Assembly: GCF_004010195.1 (NCBI RefSeq)
Contig: NC_057751.1
Span: 19,559,994-19,621,993 of the forward strand
Direction of reading: 5' to 3'
DNA from: Chiloscyllium plagiosum
Lineage: Eukaryota
DNA length: 62,000 bases
Shown here: piece after piece, positions 25,700 through 37,118 of the stretch
Position numbering within the stretch: position 1 is the stretch's first letter
How the letters are laid out: each line of letters starts with the position of its first letter
Made by a program: the position numbers and the translations under genes
The notes under the pieces: generated by a model
Told to the model about the DNA's origin: nothing
What the model saw: only the letters and a program-made list of their open reading frames with translations
The model's database searches: none

Positions 25700-26425
25700 A
25701 AAATGTGTTGCTGGAAAAGCGCAGCAGGTCAGGCAGCATCCAAGGAACAGGAGAATCGACGTTTCGGGCATAAGCCCTTCTTTAGGAATGAGGAAAGTGT
25801 GTCCAGCAGGCTAAGATAAAAGGTAGGAGGAGGGACTTGGAGGAGGGGCTTTGGAAATGCGATAGGTGGAGGGAGGNNNNNNNNNNNNNNNNNNNNNNNN
25901 NNNNNNNNNNNNNNNNNNNNNNNNNNNNNNNNNNNNNNNNNNNNNNNNNNNNNNNNNNNNNNNNNNNNNNNNNNNNNNNNNNNNNNNNNNNNNNNNNNNN
26001 NNNNNNNNNNNNNNNNNNNNNNNNNNNNNNNNNNNNNNNNNNNNNNNNNNNNNNNNNNNNNNNNNNNNNNNNNNNNNNNNNNNNNNNNNNNNNNNNNNNN
26101 NNNNNNNNNNAAGTTTTGCATTTCTTGTGGTTGCAGGGGAAGGTGCCGGGAGTGGAGGTTGGGTTGGTGGGGAGTGTGGACCTGACGAGGGAGTCACAGA
26201 GGGAGTGGTCTTTTCGGAATGTTGATAGGGGAGGGGAGGGAAATATATCCCTGGTGGTGGGGTCCGTTTGGAGGTGGCGGAAAAGACGCGGATGATACGC
26301 TGTACATGGAGGTTGGTGGGGTGGTAGGTGAGGACCAGTGGGGTTCTGACCTGGTGGCGGTTGGAGGGGTGGGGCTCAAGGGCGGAGGAGCGGGAAGTGG
26401 AAGAGATGCGGTGGAGGGCATCGTC
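25700..26425 (-). mobile_element. 5'-truncated Penelope-like retroelement (RT C-terminus/linker plus pLTR), containing the assembly gap
   Basis: RTPLVLTYHP and (other frame) GTFPCNHKKCK motifs typical of the PLE region preceding the GIY-YIG domain. TSD gatatgccg at 25691-25699 and 26426-26434. Confidence 0.85.
25877..26110. other. Assembly gap (run of N)
   Basis: 234 N bases. Confidence 1.
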
Positions 26426-29400
26426 GATATGCCGGCCCATGAAGTTACAGATTGTGCTGGAATACAATTATGCTGCTGTCAATGGTCCACAGCACCTCAT
26501 GGATGCCCAGTCTTGAGCTGTTCGAAGTCTGTCCCATTTAGCATGGTGATAGTGCCACACAACATGATGGTGGTTATTCTCAACATGAAGATGGGACTTC
26601 GTCTCCATAAGGACTGTGCGATGATTGCTCTTATTGACACTATCACGGACAGATGCATCTGCACCTGGCAGATGGGTGAGGTTAAGTATGTTTTTCCCTC
26701 TTGTTGTTTCCTTCATCTGCTGCAGACCCAGTCGAGCAGCTATATCCTTTAGGACCCAACCAGCTCAATCAGTCGTAGTACTACTGCTATCCACTCTTGG
26801 TGGTGGACATTGAAATCCCCCACCCAGAGTACATTTTATGCCCTGATCTATATCTCTGACTAAGGTTTAAGCTTTCTCATGTTATCAGGGTTTACCTTTG
26901 AGAAAGGTCGATTAGATTTGATAATTTCCCAAATTAAGGAGCCTGCAACTAATAGCTTCATGGAATCCTGGCCCTTGCTCTGGTGCTCTTTGTGGGCCTG
27001 TCATACTGTAGTGGGGAGGTGTAGGACAGAAATGCTGATAAATGTTGGAGAAACTCAGTAGGTCTGCAAGCATTTGTGGAGAGAAACTGAGTTAATGTTT
27101 TGAGTCCTATATGTCTCTTGTCCAGATCTGAAAAGAGGTGGAAATATGATAGGTTTTATGCTATTTCTTAAAAGCAAGGTGGGGTCAGGTAAAACAAGAG
27201 AGGCGCGAGGTTAGAGAGTAAGGGAGATTTAAGTACCAAAGATGTCCTGGAACAAAAGGCAAAAGAGTGGTCATGTTCACAGTGAAGAAACAAAGTATTA
27301 GTCCAAAGTTGGTGTTAATAGTAGAGTCAAGGTTACTGCTTAACTTTATTTTATGGAAGATGATTCATGATCTTAAGTGTTGAACTCCATGAAGACTGTA
27401 AAGTGCCTATTTGGAGAATGAGGTGCTATTTTTGTCTCTACTGATGCCAAACCTGTTGCAGTTTCTTAGCACTTCTTACTTTTATTTGCAGCATCTGCAG
27501 TATTTTGCATTTATATACTCAGTTTGGGTTCTGTCAGAGCAACTTGGCTCCTGACCTTATTGTAGCCTTAGTCCAAATGTGGGCAAAAGAGCTGAACTTC
27601 AGTGGAAGTGACGTCAAGCTTTCAGGTTTTTGTCTTTATCTAAACTTGTCAATCTTGTACACCTCTTGACATCAAGGCAGCATTTGACTTTGTATGGTAT
27701 CAAGGTGCCCTAGCAAACTGGAGTCATAAGGGGTTAAATTCCACAGTTTGGAGTCATACCCAGTGGTATTGGAGGTCAATCATCTCATTTCCATGATGTT
27801 GCTGTAGAAGTTCCTTTAGGTAGTATCCTAAGCCCCACCATCTTCAGCTACATCCCCCCCCCCCCCCCCCCCCAATCATGCGGTCAGAAGTAGTGATATT
27901 TGCTTTTGTTTACAATTTTAGCACAATGAGTAACTCTTCAGATACTGAAGTAGTTGTGTTCATAGGCAGCAAGATCCGAAAATTGTCCAGGCAAAAAAAA
28001 ATTAAGTGCCAAACAATGAGCAGCTCCAGCAACAGAGAATCTAACCATCTTGTTTTGACATTTCATGGCATTACTGTTGATAAATGCTGCACTGTCAACA
28101 TTCTGTGGATGACTATTAACTAGAAACTGAACTGGACCAGACCTATAAATACTGTTGCGATGAGATCAGATCAGGGGCTGGAATTCTGCAGCTGGTAGTT
28201 TGTCTCCTAACTCAAGCCTGTGAGACACATGCCACATGTAATGGAATATTCTCAACTTGCCTGGATGAATGCTGCTGCAACAGCACTCCAAGTTCAACAT
28301 GGAACAAATTAATTGGCACCCCATCTACCACCTTCTATATTCACTCCCCTTCGCTGCTGCACAAAGTGGCAGCAGCATGTATCATTTAAAGGTGTCCTGC
28401 AGCAACTCACTGAGGCTCCTTTTGGAAGCACCTTTCAAACCTGCATTCTCCATCCCTAGAAGCACGAGAGTGGCAGGCATGCAGGAACACCACCCCTGCA
28501 CATGCCCCACCAACCCAAGTTGGAACGATAGCACTGTTCCTCCATTGTCACTGAATCACATTATGAGCAATATTTGATCCACGTTTCCTATGTCCTGTGT
28601 GAGCACACTTATGACTTCTTGTCCTCAAACGTTCTGCTGCATTGTTGTTATTGATTAAAACAGTCGTCCATTTTTGCAGCAGCAGTCTTTCTTGATTCTA
28701 GTCCTTTCTGTTAGAACAAAGTGAATATAGCGTTATATAGCACGGAAACAGATCCTTCGGTCCAATTTGTCTGGGCCAACCAGATATCCCAATCTGACAT
28801 AGTCCCATTTGCCAGCATTTGGCCCATATCTCCCTCAACCCTTCCTATTCCCATACCCATCCCGATGCCTTTTAAATGTTGTAATTGTCGCCATCAACAC
28901 CACCACTTCTGGCAGCTCATTCTATACACGCACCATCCTCTGCCTGAAAAAGTTACCCCTCAGGTTCTTTTTAAATCTTTCCCCTCCCACCTTAAACCTA
29001 TGCCCTCTAGTTTTGAACTCGTACACCCTCAGAAAAATATATTAGCTATTCACCCTATCCGTCACCCTTGTGATTTTATAAACCTCTACATCTCCTCTGC
29101 AGGGAATAAAGCCCCAGCCTGTTCAGCCTCTCCCTATAACTTAAACCCTCCAGTCCTGGCAACGTGCTGGTAAATCTTTTCTGCACCTTCTCAAGTTTAA
29201 CAATATCCTTTTGACAGAAGGGCAACTAGAATTGTACACAGTATTCTAAAAGTGGCTTTACCAAAGTCCTGTACAGCCGTAATATGATGTCTTAACTTCT
29301 ATACTCAAATGTTCTGACCAATGAAGATATGGATGCCAAACACCATCCTCATCACCCTATCTACCTGCAACTCCACTTTCAAGGAATTATGCACCTGCAC

Positions 29401-29783
29401 CCCTAGATCTTTGTTCGGCAACACTCCCCACGGCCCTACAATTAACTGCATAAGTCCTGTCCAGGTTTGCCTTCTCAAAATCCAACACCACTTTTCTCTA
29501 AATTAAACTCCATCTCCCACTCGGCCCATCTGATCAAGGTCTCGTGTTCTGAGAGAATCTTCTTCACTACACCACCTATTATGGTGTCATCTGCAAATTT
29601 ACGAACCGTACCTCCTATATCCTCATCCAAATCATTTATATAAATGGCAAAAAGCAATGGAGCCAGAACCAATCCTTGCAGCACACCACTGGTCACAGGC
29701 CTCTACTCCGAAAAGCAACTCTCTACCACCACTCTCTATCTCCTACATTCAAACCAATCTTGTATCCAATTGGCTAGCTCCCC

Positions 29784-30005
29784 CATTAGGTTCTTTTTTT
29801 TGAGATTCTTACACACTTGATGCAACTGCAGTATTCTTATTGATTCTGAATAGGAGATGAGAATGTAAATTTACTCTGAATAGTCGGAGATGGCAATGTA
29901 AATTTGATCACATTGTACCTGTAAGACAGAGAAACATACCACCCTACGTCTAGAGCATTCAATTTCTTACAGCTCAGCAGAGCAAATTAACCCCTTAACA
30001 TTTCA
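29784..30005 (-). repeat. 3' LTR (222 bp)
   Basis: Second copy of the LTR, preceded on the minus strand by the polypurine tract AAAAGGAGGAAA. Contains an internal ~33-bp duplication (gaatag..gagatg..aatgtaaattt). Confidence 0.88.
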
Positions 30006-30373
30006 TTTCCTCCTTTTATCATTCCATGATAACCACCTAAAAGGTGCTACCAACTTATTCATACGAATCTTACAGCCAGTATTTTAAGCAAGTTATTGAC
30101 ACACAACATACAATAATTATAACAACAAAAATTACTAGTCCGTGCAGTAGATAGGATCCCCAGGATCCTCCTCCATGGGAAAAAAGTGTTTACCAGTAAA
30201 GTTCTTAAATCCACAGTCCTTAGTGGCCACTCCACCCCCTCCAAGTAGAGTGGAAACGAGCCAGTTATCCAAAAACACCTTCAATAAACTCCAACCTGAA
30301 AACAAAATCCAGTCTGTCCTTGTGCATCCCTCCACGGAGAAATCTGAATTCTTGGATAAGGGCAGTTAAATAC

Positions 30374-30670
30374 TTAACAAAACTGTTGAGACTTCCATCT
30401 TTGCGGAGATGCTTCAGGTGGAGGATACCAGTGCATCTGAGTGTGCAGCAGCAGGCTAGGTGAGTGCAGCATTCTTTGCTGCTTCTACTCCTGCTCTGCT
30501 GTTAAATGTAACAAAGTCAACTGGCTGTTTTGATGTTAGCTTGATCAGTGGGCCTTCATCTCACTTAAATGATCGAAGGAGAAGGTAAAGCTCACGTGGT
30601 TTAATCTCCATAGGAAGGCCACTGACCAAAAGCGTTTGGACCTCCTCTTCACTGTTGTTAGCTTCTTCAC
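30374..30670 (-). pseudogene. RBPMS2: Processed (intronless) RBPMS2 retro-pseudogene, internally deleted, with two stops and a frameshift
   Basis: Minus-strand translation [60 protein letters not shown], then ALT*PAA, then in a shifted frame LHTQMHWYPPPEASPQRWKSQQFC*. Matches the RBPMS-family RRM and C-terminus; FDSRAG, FTYPAA and RWYP favour RBPMS2 over RBPMS. Stops at 30561-30563 and 30456-30458. Confidence 0.88.
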
Positions 30671-31928
30671 TTCTTGTGCTCGTGACTGGGGAGATGATTG
30701 AATCCATTGGATCAGGTTGTGGAGGGGTGGGCGGTCGTCCGAAGGCATGCTTTACCTGTGAATGGAGAAACTCTAGAGACGATGTTTCACTATTGATGTC
30801 ATTATCAAGTTTTATACAATCCATAAACTTCTAAATTGTACTGCCTAAACAATTCGGTCATTTATAAACAGCAATCAGTGGTCCTAAAATCAAACCCTCA
30901 GAGAACCCCATTCAGGTTATTCAAAAATTATTTTCCTTTGACAAATTAATAATTGGCTAATGTGAAAGCTGTCAGGAAAGGTATTTCAAAAGTCTGGAAT
31001 AGCAAGAAAACAACAAAATGTTTCCTGTGCTTTAGCCATTGAAGAGGCAGTTTCAGCTCCGATTTAAATCTCAAATATTCATGGGAAACATGCAGAATAT
31101 ATCAAAATATGTCCTCCAAATGAAAACTCCATAATTTCTCTGTTAAAGCAAATATATATACATATTTATATATGTCTGCTACATATATACATATTATATC
31201 TAGCTTCAGATACATTGCAAAGGCCTGACATTAATGACAAAAATGATCCTAATTTTCATGATCAGTGTTTTTAATTAGAATGTGGTTGCTGATAAACTGA
31301 CATTGTAAATTTAACTTCCCAAATAAAAGTTGAAATTACAGTGGTGACAGACCAGGAATTCTACAACTTTGATAGAGATCAGCATTCTTTGAATTTGCAA
31401 TGTGAAGAGGGCCAATGAAGTCTTAGCAATAATTGACAGAAATTAAACAGCTAGTCTCAAGTTCTAATATTCTCTAAAATCTGAACAAAACATCAAAATT
31501 AAAATGGACTCTTCTTTTTGTGAATATTCTGCATTAAAAAAGCATCAAAGATATTTTAATACAATACTCTCATCTGGCTAAAGCATGACCACTGACACAA
31601 TGGTCTTTTTGAAACAGGCATTGTAGAATTTCAAACAAACCAGCGGCTCAAGGCCCTCAATCAATTTGTTTTAAGGTTGCATGTTTGATAATTTTAAAAA
31701 GGACCTAATGTTGTATAATATTAATGTAAAAACAAAATCTGCCCTATTACACAGCCCACAAAGTACATTGAATTGAGATCCCAGTAATAGCAATAACATC
31801 ATACTGCCAGGTACTAATCCAAGCTCTAAGTTCATCTGCCTTACCTACCACACTTCTTGCATTAAAACAAATGCACCTCAGACCACCAGTCCCTTTGCAT
31901 TCTTCATCTGCTCCCTGTCTACTGCTCT

Positions 31929-32196
31929 GGGGACCCGGGTTTGATTCCCGCCTCGGTTGACTGTGGAGTTTGCACATTCTCGCTGTGTCTGTGTGCATTT
32001 CCTCCAGGTGCTCTGGTTTCCTCCCACAATCCAAAGGTATGCAGGTTGGGTGAATTAGCCATGCTAAATTGCCCATTGTGTTAGGTGCGCTAGTCAGAGG
32101 GAAATGGGGCTAGCTGGGTTACTCTTCAGAAGGTCGGTGTGGACTTGTTGGGCCGAATGGTCTGTTTCCACACTGTTGCTAATCTAATCTAATCTA
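31929..32196 (+). mobile_element. HE1-like V-SINE inserted inside the LTR element, next to a short CR1 endonuclease fragment (about 31775-31925, minus)
   Basis: ggacccgggtttgattccc B-box, V-domain and (aatct)n tail. Adjacent minus-strand CICFNARSVVGKADELRAWI..DVIAIT is the CR1 endonuclease N-terminus. Confidence 0.8.
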
Positions 32197-33229
32197 ACAC
32201 AAATAAGGCAAAACAGTTACTTAAAAAGATTTTGGGTTTCACCCCCACATTCCCTGTGAAATAAAACCAGTTCCCTGTAATTACAAATATTCTGCCAATT
32301 CACTCCTTATTCCCTGAATAAAGACAATGCTGTTGTATTAGGTCACCATTCTTCTTAGGTTTTAAAAAATGCTGGAAGTCTTTAGCATGGCTTTCCCTTA
32401 GTATTTTCAACAGTTTCAACCCTTGCAAATTTGACTGGTGTTATAAGCATCCTCAAATTTTGACCATACACAGTGAACACAGACAACTAAAACTTAAACC
32501 AGCAAAGAGGTGTCACTTAATATTTCAGTAACAAATCTGGGTCTTGATTGACCCATTATGTCACCTTTTCCATGTGAATTTCCTATGTACTGTCAGATAT
32601 CAATAGTTTATTGTTTAAGCTACAATAACAAAGCTCATCAAGAGTTCTAACTAGACTTATGCAAATAAAAGACTGTTGCATTTAAAACCTGTAAGAGGAA
32701 TGCTTTTTAAAGTCTCAACTTCCTAACTATGCTAGTCCAGTGTCTTCAAGTCTCCACACCCACTTCAGGGTCCTGACTTTTGCGTGGGGGATTTCCCCTC
32801 TTAACAACTGGTCTAAGGCAGAGTGGTTGAGACAGACACAGTAGTTAATTTTTTTTAATCTTATGCACTACGCTCCGGAGCCTCAAACCTCACTATTAGA
32901 GGACTCTGACCTCCGAATTCCAGGGGGACTCGAATCTCCCGTTCCAGTGAACTTATGATTCTGAGGACTTAAACCTCCAAATTCCAGGGAGACTCTAACA
33001 TTCCTTTCCAGAAATTTATGGTTCTGAAAGCAAACTCATTAGTGTGCAAGTGTGTACATTACCTCAGATATTCCGCCACTACAGAGTCCCAGGGGACAAG
33101 GGGTTAATTGAGTGATAGGTTAAGGAGAGAGATCAAGGTAAATCTTACCTCGTGGGCCCATCCGTCTCACATAACCGGCACTCAGACAATTGCTTATTCA
33201 GTCCGCCTAGAAACTCTGTATATGTTGGA

Positions 33230-33247
33230 GTCCCACCGCTACCACCA
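33230..33247 (-). promoter_or_regulatory. Primer-binding site complementary to the tRNA-Leu 3' end
   Basis: Minus strand TGGTGGTAGCGGTGGGAC versus the expected tRNA-Leu(AAG/TAG) PBS TGGTGGCAGCGGTGGGAT (16/18), 2 nt downstream of the 5' LTR. Confidence 0.85.
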
Positions 33248-33249
33248 AA

Positions 33250-33470
33250 TGTTAAGTTCTTTTTCTTGAGATTCTTACACACTTGATGCAACTGCAATGT
33301 TCTTATTGATTCTGAATGGGGGACAATAATGCAAGTTTACTCTAAATAATAGGAGATGGCAATGTAAATTTTTCACATTGTTCCTGCAAGACAGAGAGAC
33401 ATACCACCCTACCCGCGGGGCATCCAATTTCTTACAGGTCAGCAGAGCAAATTAACCCCTTAACATCTCA
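33250..33470 (-). repeat. 5' LTR (221 bp; minus strand TGAGATG...TTAACA)
   Basis: Roughly 85% identical to 29784-30005 by manual count. TG...CA termini on the minus strand, followed after 2 nt by the PBS. Confidence 0.88.
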
Positions 33471-34374
33471 CCCCTAGATCCCATGTGATCTAGCCTTACT
33501 AACCAGTCTGCCATGTGAAACCTTGTCAAATGCTTTGCTGAAATCCATATAGACAATGTGTCTACCACTCTGCCTTTGTCAATCTTCTTTGTCACTTCAA
33601 AAACTCAGTCAAATTAAAGAGACACGATTTCCCACGCACACAACCATGTTGACTATCCCTAATCAGTACTTGCCTTTTCAAATGCAACTAAATCTTGTCC
33701 GTCAGAATCCTCTCCAACAACTTCCCTCTCACTGATGTCATGCTCACCGGTCTATAGTCCCTGGATTTTCCTCACAGAATTTCTTAAATAATGGCACCAT
33801 GTTAGCTACACCTTCAGTTTCTAGAACCTCACCTGTGCCTGTAGATGATACAAATACCTCAGCAAGGGGCACAGTAATCTCTTCCCCAGCTTCTCTCAAA
33901 CATCTGGGAAACACCTGATCAAGTCCCAGGAATTTATCTACCTTTATATGTTTTAAGACCTCCAGTACATCCTCTTCTGTAATATGAAATGTTTTCAAGA
34001 CATCACTATTTATTTCCCCAAGTACCCTCGCTTCCATGTCCTTCTCCACAGTAAATACTGACGTGAAATACTTATTTAGTATCTAGCCCACCTCTTATGG
34101 TTACACACATAGATGGCCTTATTGATCTTTAAGGGGCCCTATTCTCTGCCTTTTTACTCATCTGCCCTTAATGTACTTATAGAATCTCATTGGATTCTCC
34201 TTAACTCTATTTGCCAAAGCTATCTCACGTCCCCTTTTTGCCCTCCAGCTTTCCCTTTCTACTGCCCTTGTCCCCTCTAGGGATTCACTCAATCCCAGCT
34301 GTCTGAAACTAATATATGCTGCCTCCTTTTTCTTGACCAGAGCCTAAATTTCTCTAAGTCATCCAGCATTCCTG

Positions 34375-34965
34375 TGTTATGGACCAGACCAAGCCCCCTC
34401 AAAACATGTCACGGAGATAGCCTAGACCCAAACTTATCTTAAAGGCAAGTGCCAGGCGTTCTGTTCCAGATGGAATTTGATTGGTCAAGTTGTCAGGCTT
34501 GAAGCAAAACACACTTAATTCATATACTACAGTTAAAATACAGATAAATTTTTTTAAAAATTGGCTTAACTGTAACTCTATCAAAATACTTAATAAAATG
34601 ATAAACCACTCATTAATTGTTCCATTTTAGTAACATCCCAAAAGCACCCCCTTGGCAAAGTCAGTAAAATAGATCGTCTCGCATGCAATTTTAGCAGCTG
34701 GAAGAGAACCCCAGTTTTTAAGTTGTAACAGAGAGAAATAAGAGTTTCCACATCCAGCCTCAAGACCCCAGCAACTGCAGAAACCTAAAACTAGACATCC
34801 CGGTTCTTTGGGAGCTTGACCAACCTCATTTAGGCTGCTTGTTGCAAGGCCTCACAAGCTGTTTACTTTATTGGCTTTGAGCAGACTGCTCATTACCTCT
34901 GCCACAACTCTGTTCATATTTTAAAAAAGACAAAATATACCACTTAAAGCCATAGTATCGTCCCA
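34375..34965. mobile_element. Probable solo LTR (about 590 bp)
   Basis: Begins TGTTATGG and ends ATCGTCCCA, imperfect 4-bp flanks cctg/ccta. Interrupts CR1 sequence that resumes at 34966. Confidence 0.55.
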
Positions 34966-35286
34966 CCTACACCTACCAGTCTTGTCCTTCATACTAACAG
35001 AAGCGTACTGCCTCTGAACTCTCGTTATCTCATTTTTAAAAAGGTCACTTCCCAACTGTCCCTTTGTGGGGGCGAATAGCCTCCCCCACAAACCTTTGCA
35101 AGTTCCAGCCTAATACTGTCAAAATCAGCCTTACTCCAATTTAAACTTTATTTTTTTGATCAGTTCTATTCTTTTCCAAACTATTTTGAAACTTATGATC
35201 ACTTGCCCCAAATGTGCTCCCCCACTGAAACCTCAAGTCACTTGCCCTATTTCCCAACAGAAGGTCAAATCTCGCTCCTTCTCTAG

Positions 35287-35873
35287 TGAGGTCATGTTGC
35301 GGCTGTACGGGACATTGGTTAGACCACTGTTGGAATATTGCATGCAATTCTGGTCTCCTTCCTATCGGAAAGATGTTATAAAACTTGAAAGGCTTCAGAA
35401 AAGATTTAGAAGGATGTTGCCAGGGTTGGAAGATTTGAGCTATAGGGAGAGGCTGAACAGGCAGGGGCTGTTTTCCCTGGATTGTTGGAGGCTGAGGGGT
35501 GACCTTATAGAAGTTTACAAAATTATGAGGGGCATGGATAGGGTAAATAGGCAAAGTCTTTTCCCTGGGGTCGGGGAGTCCAGAACTAGAGGGCATAGTT
35601 TTAGGGTGAGAGGGGAAAGATCTAAAAGAGACCTAAGGGGCAACTTTTTCACACAGAGAGTGGTACATGTATGGAATGAGTTGCCAGAGGGAGTTGTGGA
35701 GGCTGGTACAATTGCAACATTTAAGAGGCATTTGCATGGGTATATGAATAGGAAGGGTTTGGAGGGATATGGGCCAGGTGCTGGCAGGTGGGACTAGATT
35801 GGGTTGGGATATCTGGTCGGCATGGACGGGTGGTCCGAAGGGTGTGCTTTCATGCTGTACATCTCTATGACTC
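35287..35873 (+). mobile_element. Young CR1/HER1 LINE 3' fragment
   Basis: Uninterrupted ORF2 C-terminus EVMLRLYGTLVRPLLEYCMQFWSP...GYGPGAGRWD*. Confidence 0.93.
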
Positions 35874-37118
35874 TGAGATCCACACATCCTTCCTAAAGTG
35901 TTGTGACTAGAACTAGAACTGGTTGGAAAACACCTGTTGTAGCCTGGGCAATGCTTTCTAAGGTTTCTGTGTAACTTCCCTGCTTTTATATTTAATACCT
36001 CTATTTATGAAGCCCAATATCTTATGTTTTATGAAATACATTCCTATGCTCTACCACCTTCAAAGGTGTGTGAATGAGTCTCTGTGTACCTGCCACAGTT
36101 CCAAGTTTGGTATCATCTGCAAACTGTGAAACTTTATCCTGTATTTCAATATCCTAATAAATTTTGTATATAAAACAAAAGCTATCCGAGAATGGACCCT
36201 TGGGGAGCACCACTGTTTATGATCTTTCAATCATGAAAGCAGCTATTTAGAATTTCCTGTTTTTCGTTATACTTTTATCAAGTTGACTCTGACCATTCTT
36301 CCCTTTCTCCCCCAAGCCTCTCCACACACACACATTGCATTGCAAGCACCATGTACATTGTTGGGAATTTTTAGGAGACTTGTTTGTTAATATGCCACTG
36401 CTTATATGGGAAACTTGTAATGTATTTCCACACAGTGGGGGGAAGATTGTGAATAGTGGTCATTCCAGGACTTTAGTTCAGAAAAGCATTGGTGTAGCCA
36501 GGAGGTGGGCTTCAGCCAGAAAGTAAATATGTCTTTGAATTCAAACTGCTGCGATAACTTTGGAAGAGAAGCCCTGGGACATTTTGTTACCTTTCATTCT
36601 CTTTCTGATCACTTTTTCCAGATAACATGGTAGACTTCAAAGGCGATGTTAGACTCTAGGATAAGGAGCTTTCACTGATCATATGTAAACAAGATACTGC
36701 AGTTCAGTGTGAAATGTCTGTATCCTTGGAACCCTTCTTTGTTTGTTCATCACCCTATCTGTGCTAGCATTGATTCTTGAGTTGGGCAACCGGCTGCTAT
36801 CTATAGTGGTTTTAGCACTGCCCTCTCCTTAGGGGGAGGTGACTGGTAGTTTCAACCTGAGGGTCACCAGCCTCAGATGAGGAGTGAGTTTAAGAAGGTA
36901 GGCCCTTCATGATGACCTCAGTCAGAGTGGGAATCAAACCCACACTGTTGGTGTCATTCTGCATCGCAAACTAGCTGTCCAGCCAACTGAGGTGATAACA
37001 TGCTTTGTTATTAAGGTATTAGGAGGAACACTTTGAATTGTACTGGCCTTTCCCTCCGATTACTTCTACCCCTTTCTATGGCATCTGTGCTGTTGCTCTT
37101 GCCAATATCTCGTTAAGA

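Larger units (their letters stand above)
23715..26845 (-). mobile_element. Degenerate L2/CR1-clade LINE (APE endonuclease plus RT), interrupted by a Penelope insertion
   Basis: NVLWVGDFNVHHQEW endonuclease motif (about 26790-26835), WWGTIKQLTGGGG, and FTDDC...QQDLDNIQAWADKWQ RT motif. A more decayed plus-strand relative lies at about 27530-28560. Confidence 0.85.
29784..33470 (-). mobile_element. Non-autonomous LTR retroelement / ERV-like provirus carrying an RBPMS2 retrocopy
   Basis: Direct repeats at 29784-30005 and 33250-33470, PBS at 33230-33247, polypurine tract at 30006-30017, and CCCC on both flanks (29780-29783, 33471-33474). It splits a CR1 LINE whose sequence resumes after 33474. 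No intact gag or pol ORF is visible. Confidence 0.88.
28725..35280 (-). mobile_element. CR1 LINE split by the LTR element (29784-33470) and a solo LTR (34375-34965)
   Basis: CR1 ORF2 sequence runs to 29783 (GVLQGLVLAPLLF, KFADDT) and resumes colinearly at 33475 (...gatcccatgtgatctagcc..., LEVLKHIKVDK). Confidence 0.85.

Noticed and set aside
25729..26295. ORFs containing long X runs
   Set aside because: Artefacts of translating through the N gap.
30561..30824. 87-aa ORF as a functional RBPMS2 paralogue
   Set aside because: In-frame TGA in mid-RRM, a second stop, a frameshift and a large deletion.
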